Of a DNA stretch of 59,845 nt, positions 18,449 through 28,074 are shown in pieces. The translations under genes were made by a program, and so were the position numbers. The DNA is taken from positions 1-59,845 of the forward strand of contig DATMRA010000256.1 of assembly GCA_035566535.1 (NCBI GenBank). The letters are read 5' to 3'. Under the pieces are notes generated by a model. That model saw only the letters and a list, made by a program, of their open reading frames with translations. It searched no databases and had not been told where the DNA came from. Numbering within the stretch: position 1 is the first letter of the stretch; each line of letters opens with the position of its first letter. The stretch comes from Candidatus Acidiferrales bacterium (GTDB lineage Bacteria; Chloroflexota; Dormibacteria; Aeolococcales; Aeolococcaceae).

Positions 18449-19477
18449 TCACGATGGCGTCAATGTCACCTTGCCACATTGCCCGCTCTTCATCAGCGCG
18501 ATCGCCGCGTCGACGTCGGACATCGCGAAATGGTGCGTGATGAGAGAGGCTACATCGATGATGCCGTCGCGAACGTACGCCGTGGTCTTTTCCCAAGTTT
18601 GCGGCAGTTTGCGGCCGGTCACGCCGTACAGGCTCAGGCCCTTCATCACGACATCGTTCGACAGGTCGATGACGTCGGGCTCGTCGCCGATGCCGAGCAG
18701 GCTGATCCAGCCGCCGGGGCGGACGACGCGCGTCGCTGAGGCAACCGCGACGGCAGAGCCGCTCATCTCCAGCGCGCAGTCGATGTCGCCACCGGCCGCG
18801 GCGCGGATCTGGTCGTCGGCCGGAGCGTCGCCCGCGCGGACCAGGGCGTGTGCGCCCATGCGCTCCGCGAGCGCCAGGCGGTAGTCGTTACGGTCGACGG
18901 CGATCACGCGCTCGGCGCCCTGCACACGCGCGACGGCTATTGAGGCGCAGCCGATCGGCCCGCAGCCGAACACCACGACCGTGCGCCCTGTCAGGTCTCC
19001 ATATGAACAGGCATGCACCGCGTTGCCGAACGGTTCCATAGCCGCCGCGACCTCGGGCGGCACCGATGCTCCCACCGGCCATACGTTGGCCACCGGGAGC
19101 GTCATGAAGGACGCGAAGGCGCCATCGACGTCGACACCGAGAATCTTCGTGTTCTCGCAGACGTGAAAGTCACCACGCCGGCATTCCTCGCAGTGGCCGC
19201 ACACGATGTGTGACTCGACGGCCACCCTCGTGCCCAACGCCGGGCTGCGCACGCCGTCGCCCCACGCCACCACCTCGCCACTCACCTCATGGCCGACAAC
19301 GCGTGGCGGATGCACTCGAGACTGCGCCCACGGATTCCAGTCGTACAGGTGCACGTCGGTGCCGCACACGGAGGTCGCAGCCACGCGAAGCAGCACCTCG
19401 CCGGCGCCGGGCGTCGGTTCCGGAACATCCCCAAGAGTGAACCCGGGTTCCGGGCGCGCCTTCAACACCGCCTGCAT
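18449..19477 (-). CDS. tdh: L-threonine 3-dehydrogenase
   Basis: ATG 19477 (MQAVLKARPEPGF...) gives 342 aa. CGTDVHLYDW, GHEVSGEVV, CGHCEECRRG and GCGPIG motifs. The upstream 111 codons of the track ORF were rejected. Confidence 0.9.
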   Translation of the reverse strand: MQAVLKARPEPGFTLGDVPEPTPGAGEVLLRVAATSVCGTDVHLYDWNPWAQSRVHPPRVVGHEVSGEVVAWGDGVRSPALGTRVAVESHIVCGHCEECRRGDFHVCENTKILGVDVDGAFASFMTLPVANVWPVGASVPPEVAAAMEPFGNAVHACSYGDLTGRTVVVFGCGPIGCASIAVARVQGAERVIAVDRNDYRLALAERMGAHALVRAGDAPADDQIRAAAGGDIDCALEMSGSAVAVASATRVVRPGGWISLLGIGDEPDVIDLSNDVVMKGLSLYGVTGRKLPQTWEKTTAYVRDGIIDVASLITHHFAMSDVDAAIALMKSGQCGKVTLTPS

Positions 19478-19519
19478 CGCGTCGTGATTATGGCGGCGCG
19501 CCCGGCTGGGTAAACGTCC

Positions 19520-20044
19520 ATGTGGCGTCCGCGGCCGGACTCGAGACTTCCGCAGATGCAGATCGATGGGCTCGATCGCCCAATCCCGTCGCGACCCCAG
19601 CCGCTCCCGGTGCAGGACCTGGCGTTCTACGAGGCTCACGGCGGGCACACGCTGCACCGGCACGTCAACACCAAGCCCGGAGACGAGCTCCGCCGCATCC
19701 GCAATGATGGAGTCGCGGCGGCGGGAACCTTTCTGAATGCCGGAACCGCGCAGCGCTGCGTGAGCTTCGCCATCAACAGACGTCGGGAGCAGGTGCTGCA
19801 ATGGTTGCACGGCCGCGACCGCGGAGCCCCGTTCACGTTCGTGGTCGATATGGGACAGGTGATCGGGCGAACGCTGACATGGGATGACGTGCTGAAAGGC
19901 GTGTCCACGCCGCGCCAGGTGACTGCCGTCCGAGTCGTCCTTCGTCGCCGGCCGGAGCTACCCGGCGGATTCACGGTCGTCACCGCGTATCCCACTCGCG
20001 TCCCGCGACGCCGCGCCAATGGCTATCTGAGGAGAGGACAATGA
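19520..20044 (+). CDS. putative RNase A-like polymorphic-toxin domain protein without delivery domain
   Basis: YEAHGGHTLHRHV ... FTVVTAYP matches my recollection of CdiA-CT/RNase A-like toxin domains. Only ~35 aa precede the domain. More A/T-ending codons than neighbours. Confidence 0.55.
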   Translation: MWRPRPDSRLPQMQIDGLDRPIPSRPQPLPVQDLAFYEAHGGHTLHRHVNTKPGDELRRIRNDGVAAAGTFLNAGTAQRCVSFAINRRREQVLQWLHGRDRGAPFTFVVDMGQVIGRTLTWDDVLKGVSTPRQVTAVRVVLRRRPELPGGFTVVTAYPTRVPRRRANGYLRRGQ

Positions 20045-20379
20045 ACAGCGCCATCGACATCGACGCACGAATTGCCGACGCCGACAGCGAGTTCCCCGCC
20101 CTCTTTCAGCTTTTCGGCGGATACTTCCACCAGGATTGGCACGAGGAGTACGCCACTCCGGGTGCCGCGCTGACGGCCTTCATTGAAGAGGCGCCACCGG
20201 AGGCGGTGCGCGAAGCAGCCGCCGAATTGCAGCGCCTTCTGGATCTGCCGGTCGACGACGGTGCTCTCGCCAAGCTGCTGCGCACGGGCTTCGACTGCAA
20301 CTACATGCCGTCGCTTGACGGGCTGACGACGACGCAGTGGTTGACGGCCATTCGGGATCGGCTTCAGCCCGGCGGCTGA
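20041..20379 (+). CDS. putative CdiI-like immunity protein
   Basis: ATGA overlap with the toxin gene and AGGAG inside the toxin 3' end. The FGGYFHQDW motif is typical of proteins annotated as CDI-system immunity proteins. Confidence 0.55.
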   Translation: MNSAIDIDARIADADSEFPALFQLFGGYFHQDWHEEYATPGAALTAFIEEAPPEAVREAAAELQRLLDLPVDDGALAKLLRTGFDCNYMPSLDGLTTTQWLTAIRDRLQPGG

Positions 20380-21188
20380 CTCGCTGCAGGACGGACGGGA
20401 CCGCGTCCCACAACGGGTGATGCCGCAACACGGCGGCCCAGGGCGATGAAGTGCAGCAACATCGTCGGTACGAGCGCGGGCAGCCCGATGAGCAGCGCGG
20501 CCAGCCACACCGGTCCACCGGCGAGTCGGACCCAGTACAGCACGAAGAAGGTCACTCCGATGAGAATCGTGTTGCGACGTCCCCAGACCGTGTGCACGAG
20601 CTCAGGCCGCCGCTTGGCGAGAAACACGAATGGTGTTCCGAGGACCGGCGCGAAATAACGAAAGCCGATCAGCGCCGCGAGCCAGAGCGGAAGGATCCCG
20701 AGGAAATAGCTGCCGACGGCGCCGGCGGTGAAGAACAGTGAGTCCATGAACGGATCCAGCGCCTTGCCCAGCGCTGTAACCGGACCCCAGCGTCGCGCGA
20801 TGAAGCCGTCGACACCGTCGAGCAGTCCGATTGCACCGCCGACGCCACCCCACAACGCCAATGGGAGCCGGCCCGGGAGCGACAACGTAGCCAGCACGAG
20901 GAGAGGCACGCAGAACCACGCTCGTATGGCAGTGAGGCCGTTGGGAACGCCGTAGCGATCGACGCTGACGCCGCCAGGTGTTGTGAGCATGGCCGCGCCC
21001 CCCACGACCACGACCGTTACCAGCAGCCACCAGACCAGCGTCGCCGCGGCAGCGGGCGCGACCGATTCCGATCCGTGCACGAGGGCCACTGAAATCGCGA
21101 ACCCTTCGCTCATGATGAGCCCGACCAGCGACCACAGCGCCAGCGAGTGACGCAGCCGCGAGCTCTCACGAAGACGCGCGAACGCCAC
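20364..21188 (-). CDS. CDP-alcohol phosphatidyltransferase family protein
   Basis: DGVDGFIARRWGPVTALGKALDPFMD = D-G-x2-A-R-x8-G-x3-D-x3-D. Start uncertain (GTG 21188 or ATG 21113). The track ORF to 21308 overlaps the upstream gene. Confidence 0.8.
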   Translation of the reverse strand: MAFARLRESSRLRHSLALWSLVGLIMSEGFAISVALVHGSESVAPAAAATLVWWLLVTVVVVGGAAMLTTPGGVSVDRYGVPNGLTAIRAWFCVPLLVLATLSLPGRLPLALWGGVGGAIGLLDGVDGFIARRWGPVTALGKALDPFMDSLFFTAGAVGSYFLGILPLWLAALIGFRYFAPVLGTPFVFLAKRRPELVHTVWGRRNTILIGVTFFVLYWVRLAGGPVWLAALLIGLPALVPTMLLHFIALGRRVAASPVVGRGPVRPAASQPPG

Positions 21189-21219
21189 CGCGTAGAGCTG
21201 GAGGAGACCCCTCAGGTGA

Positions 21220-21447
21220 CTACACGGCGAGGCACGTGACGGTCTTGAAGACGCCGTCAGCTGCCTGCACCTTTTCCACGATGAGACGCCCGATACCGGC
21301 GACGTCATCGGCCTGCACCTGCACGATCACGTCGTACTCCCCGGTGATCGCATCGGCTGCAAGGACGCCCTCCTGCCCCTTGAGTGCTTCCACAACCTCG
21401 AGCGCTTTGCCCGCTGTGGCGGTCACGAGAACGTACGCTCGCACCAT
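21220..21447 (-). CDS. stand-alone Lrp/AsnC ligand-binding (RAM) domain protein, 75 aa
   Basis: ATG 21447 is preceded by AGGAG. MVRAYVLVTATAGK...GEYDVIVQV RAM-like fold. Confidence 0.7.
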   Translation of the reverse strand: MVRAYVLVTATAGKALEVVEALKGQEGVLAADAITGEYDVIVQVQADDVAGIGRLIVEKVQAADGVFKTVTCLAV

Positions 21448-21497
21448 CTCGCGGCTCCTAAGCTTGGTCGAACCCGGCGACTGTATAGCATGGGCGT

Positions 21498-21911
21498 ATG
21501 CCGTGGGTGCTCGTGCTCCGGTGGTTGGTACGGCTGGCTGTGGGACTGGCCTTCTGGCGAGTGACCACGCGCCGTCGCGCCGGCGGCTACACGACCGCAA
21601 CGCCACCGCTGCAGCGCGGCGCGCAGCGACCCCGCGTCAATGCGCGCGCCGCTGCGGCTGCCCTTCGCGAAGGCGCGTCGTTCGGCTGGCGGACGGTCTC
21701 TTTTGCCGGATTTTTGATCGCGGGGGCTGTGCTCGTCACGGCGGGTCTCACGACGACGATCCTGTCGCCGCGCTGGCTCGGCGGCGTGCTGCTCGGACTT
21801 GCCTTGATTGCGCTGGTGGCAGCGGGGTTCGAGGCGCGGGCCCTGGTGCGGCTACTACGGCGGCGGCGGCGGCGGCGTCACGACCAGGACCTTCGCGGCC
21901 AGCTCAACTGA
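21498..21911 (+). CDS. hypothetical membrane protein
   Basis: Track ORF with 3 predicted TM helices and an Arg-rich tail ((CGG)x6). No family recognised. Confidence 0.4.
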   Translation: MPWVLVLRWLVRLAVGLAFWRVTTRRRAGGYTTATPPLQRGAQRPRVNARAAAAALREGASFGWRTVSFAGFLIAGAVLVTAGLTTTILSPRWLGGVLLGLALIALVAAGFEARALVRLLRRRRRRRHDQDLRGQLN

Positions 21912-23271
21912 GGTAAGGAGCCACTCCTTCGCCCTGTTGGGCGGCGTCCATGATCACCTCGCTCACCGTGGGGTGCGGATGGACCACGGCCGCGAGGTCG
22001 TCGAGCGTCAATCCGTCGCTGATGGCGACGCCCACCTCGCTGATGATCTCGACGGCGTGGACGCCCATGACGGTGGCGCCGATCAGCCGATCGTCCTTTG
22101 CGTCCGCGTACAGCTGCGCCAGCCCGTCGGGTTCGCCCTCGCCAAGAGCTTTTCCATTGCCCAGGTAGCGAGCCTGGCCCACCTTCACCTCGATGCCGGC
22201 AGCCTTCGCCGTCTCCGGGTTGAGCCCGACCATCGCGATCTCCGGGTGCGTGTAGATGCACGACGGCACCACCGTCCGGTCCATTGGCATGACGTGATGG
22301 TCAAGCGCGTTCTCAACGGCGCGATCCGCTTCGGCGCTCGCGAGGTGCGCCAGCTGCAGGCCACCGATGCAGTCGCCCGCGGCCCAGATATGCGGGTTCT
22401 GCGTGCGCAGCATGTCGTCAACCTGGATGTGGTCGCGCTCATCGATGACGACACCCGCGTCTTCCAACCCGATGCCGCGCGTTTGTGCGCGCCGGCCGAC
22501 CGACACGAGCACGAGGTCGGCCTCGATGGTGGTGTCGTCGTCGAGGTGTGCAGTCACCGACGCATCGCCGTAATCGATGGAGGCGACGGTGCGCCCGGTG
22601 TGAAAGACGATTCCCTCCTTCTCGACGATGCGGCGGAACTGGGTCACGATCCTCGGCTCGACGCCGGTAAGGACCTGGGGCAGCACCTCGACCACGGTGA
22701 CCTGCGAACCCAGGGCCACGAACAAGCTGGCGAATTCGCAACCGACCACACCGCCACCGATGACAAGGAGGTGCCGGGGGACTGAGTCGAGACGCAGGAT
22801 GCCGTTCGACGTGACCACACGCGGGTGGGCCATGTCTATCCCTGGTAGGCCGGAGGGTTCGGTGCCGACGCAGACAATCAGTTGATCAAACGGAAAGCGC
22901 TCGCCGCCGGCGACCACTGCATCGCTGTCAACCACTCCCTGTGTTTGCACGACGCGCACCTTGTGCCGCTTGCACGCAGCGGCGACGCCGTTGCGCATCT
23001 TGAGGACAACCTCCTCTTTGCGTTCCATCATGCGCGGAAAATTGATGTCCGGCGTTGGCACGTTGATCCCGAAGTCCGCCGCGTTGCGAATCCGGCGCAG
23101 CAGGTCGGCGCCGGCCAGCAGTGACTTGGTGGGAATGCATCCCCAGTTGAGGCACGTTCCGCCCAGCTCTGCACGTTCGATCAGCGCCACCTCGGCTCCA
23201 AGCTGCGCGGCTCGCAGCGCGGCGACATCGCCGGCGGGCCCGCCGCCGAGGACCACGACTCGCGGGCTCAC
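21904..23271 (-). CDS. lpd: dihydrolipoyl dehydrogenase (E3)
   Basis: GTG 23271 overlaps the odhA-like stop (GTGA). GGGPAGDVAA FAD motif, CLNWGCIPTK redox disulfide, HPHPTVSE. Confidence 0.92.
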   Translation of the reverse strand: MSPRVVVLGGGPAGDVAALRAAQLGAEVALIERAELGGTCLNWGCIPTKSLLAGADLLRRIRNAADFGINVPTPDINFPRMMERKEEVVLKMRNGVAAACKRHKVRVVQTQGVVDSDAVVAGGERFPFDQLIVCVGTEPSGLPGIDMAHPRVVTSNGILRLDSVPRHLLVIGGGVVGCEFASLFVALGSQVTVVEVLPQVLTGVEPRIVTQFRRIVEKEGIVFHTGRTVASIDYGDASVTAHLDDDTTIEADLVLVSVGRRAQTRGIGLEDAGVVIDERDHIQVDDMLRTQNPHIWAAGDCIGGLQLAHLASAEADRAVENALDHHVMPMDRTVVPSCIYTHPEIAMVGLNPETAKAAGIEVKVGQARYLGNGKALGEGEPDGLAQLYADAKDDRLIGATVMGVHAVEIISEVGVAISDGLTLDDLAAVVHPHPTVSEVIMDAAQQGEGVAPYLS

Positions 23272-26200
23272 GATCGTGCTGCTGGTGCTTCGGCCGTGCT
23301 GGCGCGAAATGCGCGGGAGCGACTCAGCGCGTCGGTCACGATGCGTTCCTGCTCCACGCGGTGCGATCCCGAATATCCCTCGGACGGGCTGGCGCGCGGC
23401 GGTCGCCCAACGTACTCCCATGGGCGACTTGCAAGACCCTGACGGACGCAGTGTTCGACGTGCCACCACGCGCCCATGTTCTCGGGCTCCTCCTGGACCC
23501 ACACGATGTTCTCCAGGTTGGGGTAGGAGGCGATGACCGCGTCGATGGCATCGGCCGGAACAGGGTGCAACTGCTCGACACGCGCGATGGCGAGATCGCG
23601 TGCGTCGCGCCGGCGCGGGTGCAACTCGAGGTCGTAGTAGACCCTGCCCGAGCAGAAGATGAGCGTCGTGATCGCCACCCGATCTTGGCTCGCGACCGGG
23701 TCATCGATCACGGTCTGGAACCGTCCCTCGCTCAGCTCGGCCAGTGATGCAGCGGCTTCCTTCAAGCGGAGCAGGCTCTTCGGCGTCATCACGATGAGCG
23801 GCCGGGGATCGATGCTGAGCCCCTGGCTGCGCAGCAGATGAAAGTACTGCGCCGACGTGGTGCAGTTGGCGACGCGCATGTTCGCGTCTGCGCTGAGCAT
23901 GAGAAAGCGCTCCAGGCGTGCGCTGGAATGTTCCGGCCCGCTGCCCTCGTACCCGTGCGGCAGGAGGAGTGTCAGCCGCGATCGCTGTCCCCACTTGGCA
24001 CGGCCGGCTGAGATGAACTGGTCGACGATCATCTGCGCGTTGTTGACGAAGTCGCCGTACTGCGCTTCCCAGATGACCAGCGCATTGGGATCCGCTGCGC
24101 TGTAGCCATATTCGAAGCCGAGGCAGCCCACCTCGCTGAGCGGGCTGTTGTAGACCTCGAACGCCGCCACCGCGCCGTTGAGGTGCTGCATCGGGATCCA
24201 CCGCTTACCGGTGCGCTCGTCGTGGAAGACCACGTGACGCTGGCTGAACGTGCCGCGCTCTGTGTCCTGTCCGCTGAGACGCACCGGGTGCCCTTCGAGA
24301 AGGAGCGAGGCAAACGCGAGCGACTCCGCCGTTCCCCAATCGATGCTGCCATCTGCGAGGGAGGCGCGACGCCGTTCCATCTGGCGGCGCAACTTGGTGT
24401 GGGGTGTGAACCCCTCCGGAAATACCAGCAGCTCGTCGTTCAGCGCTCTGAGGGTTGCTGCGGCGACGGCGGTGTCCAGCGCCGCATCGCGCGGGCCAGA
24501 CTCCTGCTGCTCGTCGTTCTTGTCGTCCAGTTCAGCGGCGAGGTTTGCCTTGACCCGCTTGTGAGCGTCGGCCACGCGCGCGTACGCCTCCTCTGCCTGC
24601 TGGTCAACCTGCTCCTGGGTGAGCACACCGTCCTCGACGAGGCGGCGAGCGAAGATCTCGCGCACGGTGGGGTGCTCGCGGATCTTCTCGTACATGAGAG
24701 GCTGCGTGTACGCGGGCTCGTCTGTCTCGTTGTGACCGAAACGGCGATACCCGATCACGTGAACGACCACATCGCGGTGATACGTCCGGCGGTAGTCGTA
24801 ACCCAGCCGGACTGCGGCGATGCATGCCTCGATGTCGTCGGCATTCACGTGCACGATGGGTATGTCGAAGCCCTTGGCAGGATCCGACGCGTAGCGTGTC
24901 GACCGTTCCTCCTTGGGATCCGTGGTGAAGCCGACCTGGTTGTCCGCGATCAGATGCACGGTGCCGCCGGTCGTGTAGCCCTCGAGCGACTGCAGGTTGA
25001 GCACCTCGGCGACGACGCCCTGACCACTGAAGGCCGCGTCGCCGTGAATGAGCAACGGCAGCGCGGCCATGAGGTCGAGGTGAAGGTGTGCGGCGTGACG
25101 CTGCGTCTGCTCCGCGCGGGTCCACCCTTCGACCACGGGGTCCACGGCCTCGAGATGGCTCGGATTGGGCAGCAGGCGCACGGTGATCGCCTTGCCGTTG
25201 TCGGTGACGTATGTGCCGGTTGCCCCGAGGTGATATTTGACGTCGCCCGTCGGATCCTTGTCGGTGATGCCCACCGCGCGCCGCACCTCGCCGAGCTCGA
25301 ACGCGTTGAGGATGGACTCGTACGGGCGGTTCACGACGTGCGCGATGACGGCAAGACGCCCGCGATGTGCCATGCCCATGACGGTCTCGGCAATACCATC
25401 GCCGGCGATCATGGTGAGCAGCTGTTCGAGCATTGGCACCATCGCATCCAGGCCTTCGATGGAAAAGGTCTTCTGGCCCAGGAAACTGCGCCGCAGGTAA
25501 CGCTCCATCGCGTCGACCTTGGTCAACCTGCCGAGCAGACGCACCCGTTCCTCGGGCGAGGGCGGCAGCGTGTAGGCACCGGACTCGATGTGCTCGCGCA
25601 ACCACAGTCGCTGCTCATGGCTGGCGATGTGCTCGATCTCGTACGCGATCGTGCCGCAGTATGTACGCCGCAATGCCGGCAGCACGTCGGCCAGCGTCTG
25701 CCCCGGGACGTACACGCGGAGCAGGTTCGCCGGCAGGGCGCGCATCAGTTCCGGCGTCAATCCATACGTCGCGGGTTCCATGGCCGGGTCGCCGATGGGT
25801 TGCGAGCCCAGCGGATCCAGGTGCGCCCCGAGGTGCCCGTGCGTCCGGTGCGCTTTGACCAACGATGTCGCTGCCTGCATGGCGGCGAGCATCACGCGGT
25901 CTGCAGGGTGCGCCTGCGCGGCGGGTTCCGCGGCCTGCGGGGTTGCGGTGGCGGCAGGACGCGGAATTTCGCGAGTGGGCGCTTCGAGACCCAGGCTGGC
26001 GAAAACGCTTTCGTAGAAACCGTCAGCGCCGTCGAGCAACGTCTCGATACGACCCAGGAACTCGCCCGATTGCGCGCCCTGGATGACACGGTGATCGTAC
26101 GTGCTGGTCATCGTCATGACCTTCCGGACCCCGAGTTCGCGCAGGCGCTCCTCACTAGTGCCCGACCATTCCGCGCCGTAGCCCAAGGCGCCGACCGCGA

Positions 26201-27362
26201 CGATCGTGCCCTGGCCGGGCATCAGGCGAGGCACCGAAGCCACCGTGCCGATGCCGCCGGGGTTGGTCAGGGTGATGGTGGCGCCCTGCAGCTCGTCGGC
26301 GGTGAGCGTGTTGGTGCGCGCTCGCTCGATCAGCCTCTCGTATTCCTCGCGAAACGCCTTGAACGACATCGAACCGGCATCGCGGATGACCGGCACGACG
26401 AGAAAACGCGTGCCGTCCTTGCGCCGGCTGTCCACCGCGAGACCGAGGTGGGCCGGCCCGGGCACGCGTGCCGGCTTGCCGTCCGGCGTGCGCGTGAAGT
26501 GCGCGGTCATCTCGCTCATCTCTGTGGCCGCCCGCACAATCGCGTAACCGATCAGGTGTGTGAATGACACCTTCGTCGCACCACCGGCTGTTGCCAGCGC
26601 GGCGTTCAACTCGGCGCGCCTCGCATCGAGCGTGGCGACGGAGAGCGAGCGAAACGATGTCGCAGTGGGGATCTCGCGACTTCGCTCCATGTAGTCGACC
26701 AGCGCCGCCGCCGGCCCGCGCAGTGGCTCGAGGTCGCCGGACTCCGCAGGCTTGGTGGGTGCGGCCGGGAGCCCGTCTCCATTGGCGCCGAGCGCTACGT
26801 CGCCGCGCCGGACCAGGCCGCCGGATCCGGTGCCCTGCAGGGCGCGGAGATCGACGCCGCGGATCGCGGCGGCGCGCTTTGCCAGAGGAGACGCCTCGAC
26901 CAGGAGGGTGGCGGCGGGTGCTGCGGCCGGGGCGGGGGCTGCGGGCGGCGTTTGGGTTGGCGTCGGTGTTGGCGCTGCGTCGGCCGATGCGACCGACTCT
27001 GCTTGCGGTGCCGTTGCCGGAACAGCTTCCGGCTCCGCCTCGGGAGGCGGCGCGGGCGCCGCCCTGGGCGCTGGCTCGGGCTCAGGCACGGGCGCGGGCG
27101 CCGGCGTGGTCGGCGCCGCGCCGACGGCGATCCGCGCCAGCGTGGCTCCGACCTGCACAGTGTCGCCCTCCGCGGCCAGGATCTCGGCGACTGTGCCGGC
27201 AGCCGGGGCAGGGACCTCGACATCGACCTTGTCGGTGGTCACCTCGACCACCGTCTCCCCCTCTTTGACAGGGTCGCCGACCGCCTTCACCCATCGGGCA
27301 ACAATCCCCTCGGCGACGGATTCGCCCATCGAAGGGAGCGTCACGGCAACTGTCTCAGGCAC
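23268..27362 (-). CDS. fused 2-oxoglutarate dehydrogenase E2o (lipoyl + E3-binding + acyltransferase) and E1o, 1364 aa
   Basis: N-terminal lipoyl domain (VTTDKVDVEV, Lys45), P/A linker, PSBD-like ASPLAKRAAAIRGVDLRALQGTGSGG, acyltransferase with STYDHRVIQGAQSGEF, then a full-length E1o/Kgd-like ThDP region. Confidence 0.92.
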   Translation of the reverse strand: MPETVAVTLPSMGESVAEGIVARWVKAVGDPVKEGETVVEVTTDKVDVEVPAPAAGTVAEILAAEGDTVQVGATLARIAVGAAPTTPAPAPVPEPEPAPRAAPAPPPEAEPEAVPATAPQAESVASADAAPTPTPTQTPPAAPAPAAAPAATLLVEASPLAKRAAAIRGVDLRALQGTGSGGLVRRGDVALGANGDGLPAAPTKPAESGDLEPLRGPAAALVDYMERSREIPTATSFRSLSVATLDARRAELNAALATAGGATKVSFTHLIGYAIVRAATEMSEMTAHFTRTPDGKPARVPGPAHLGLAVDSRRKDGTRFLVVPVIRDAGSMSFKAFREEYERLIERARTNTLTADELQGATITLTNPGGIGTVASVPRLMPGQGTIVAVGALGYGAEWSGTSEERLRELGVRKVMTMTSTYDHRVIQGAQSGEFLGRIETLLDGADGFYESVFASLGLEAPTREIPRPAATATPQAAEPAAQAHPADRVMLAAMQAATSLVKAHRTHGHLGAHLDPLGSQPIGDPAMEPATYGLTPELMRALPANLLRVYVPGQTLADVLPALRRTYCGTIAYEIEHIASHEQRLWLREHIESGAYTLPPSPEERVRLLGRLTKVDAMERYLRRSFLGQKTFSIEGLDAMVPMLEQLLTMIAGDGIAETVMGMAHRGRLAVIAHVVNRPYESILNAFELGEVRRAVGITDKDPTGDVKYHLGATGTYVTDNGKAITVRLLPNPSHLEAVDPVVEGWTRAEQTQRHAAHLHLDLMAALPLLIHGDAAFSGQGVVAEVLNLQSLEGYTTGGTVHLIADNQVGFTTDPKEERSTRYASDPAKGFDIPIVHVNADDIEACIAAVRLGYDYRRTYHRDVVVHVIGYRRFGHNETDEPAYTQPLMYEKIREHPTVREIFARRLVEDGVLTQEQVDQQAEEAYARVADAHKRVKANLAAELDDKNDEQQESGPRDAALDTAVAAATLRALNDELLVFPEGFTPHTKLRRQMERRRASLADGSIDWGTAESLAFASLLLEGHPVRLSGQDTERGTFSQRHVVFHDERTGKRWIPMQHLNGAVAAFEVYNSPLSEVGCLGFEYGYSAADPNALVIWEAQYGDFVNNAQMIVDQFISAGRAKWGQRSRLTLLLPHGYEGSGPEHSSARLERFLMLSADANMRVANCTTSAQYFHLLRSQGLSIDPRPLIVMTPKSLLRLKEAAASLAELSEGRFQTVIDDPVASQDRVAITTLIFCSGRVYYDLELHPRRRDARDLAIARVEQLHPVPADAIDAVIASYPNLENIVWVQEEPENMGAWWHVEHCVRQGLASRPWEYVGRPPRASPSEGYSGSHRVEQERIVTDALSRSRAFRASTAEAPAARS

Positions 27363-27415
27363 CGTTCAGATCGTCTCACCTTCGCCGGCGAACTGGCGTG
27401 CAGAGCAACCCATCG

Positions 27416-27946
27416 TCAGGCTGGGCGGGGTTCCTCGTCGATGAGGAGCCAGGGAAGTGCCTCAGCCATCGGGCTCCGCAGCACGTCCGCGTGGTCGGCG
27501 TCGAGGTCATCGCCCGCTGTCACCGCCAGGGCTGCGGCGAGCAGCGCGCGCTCTGCTTTGTGCCCCACCTCCCCATGCTCCTGCTTCCACGCGACCAGCG
27601 ATTGTCCGCGTTCGGTCAGACCGAGGATCTCGGTGCGAACGTTGTCCCATTGGGCGCGATGGCCCGCCCGTTCGATGACCTCCAGAGCCCTTTCTTCCGC
27701 GTCTCGAAATGCGGCCTCATTGCGGCCCCGATCCCAGCCGTTGGCAGCGCGCTCGATGCCGGAAGGGGACAGCGTTCGGGCGTCCTCCAGCAGGCGGCTG
27801 GTCTCCGATTGATCCGGTCGGGGGCCGTAGCCCTCTACATCGTCCATGCCGCACTCCGCCTCCGTTGCTGCCGTCGAGTCGATGTTCCCAGTTCGGGCAA
27901 GGTCCATGACGCTCCACGCCTGGCTGCCGGACGGTGCCACCCGCAC
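27416..27946 (-). CDS. hypothetical protein
   Basis: Track ORF with an acidic, helical sequence. Start uncertain (27946, 27907 or a later Met). Confidence 0.45.
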   Translation of the reverse strand: MRVAPSGSQAWSVMDLARTGNIDSTAATEAECGMDDVEGYGPRPDQSETSRLLEDARTLSPSGIERAANGWDRGRNEAAFRDAEERALEVIERAGHRAQWDNVRTEILGLTERGQSLVAWKQEHGEVGHKAERALLAAALAVTAGDDLDADHADVLRSPMAEALPWLLIDEEPRPA

Positions 27947-27975
27947 GCCCGCGTGACCGCGCCTTTCTCAGGTGC

Positions 27976-28004
27976 TTGACCCCATACACATTTCTGTGTA
28001 GCAT
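27976..28004 (+). promoter_or_regulatory. putative promoter TTGACC-17-TAGCAT with operator-like CATACACA-N4-TGTG spacer
   Basis: Read directly. Lies ~70 nt upstream of ATG 28075. The spacer is nearly identical to the one at 30267-30283. Confidence 0.4.
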
Positions 28005-28074
28005 AACCGCCGGCTTGGGCACGGCCCCGGCTCGGCCGGAGGGGCGACCGCCACGTGTGCAATGGAGGTCGACC

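Noticed and set aside
19478-19810. 111-codon upstream extension of tdh (similar extensions 21189..21308, 30258..30614 and 32660..32911)
   Set aside because: Arg-rich extensions overlapping other genes or promoters. Canonical N-termini with proper length and SD lie at the internal starts chosen.
24183-26567. 794-aa plus-strand ORF antisense to the E2o-E1o fusion gene
   Set aside because: Lies entirely inside a gene with strong domain evidence on the other strand. Composition (R/G/A/V/H-rich) is typical of a shadow ORF.
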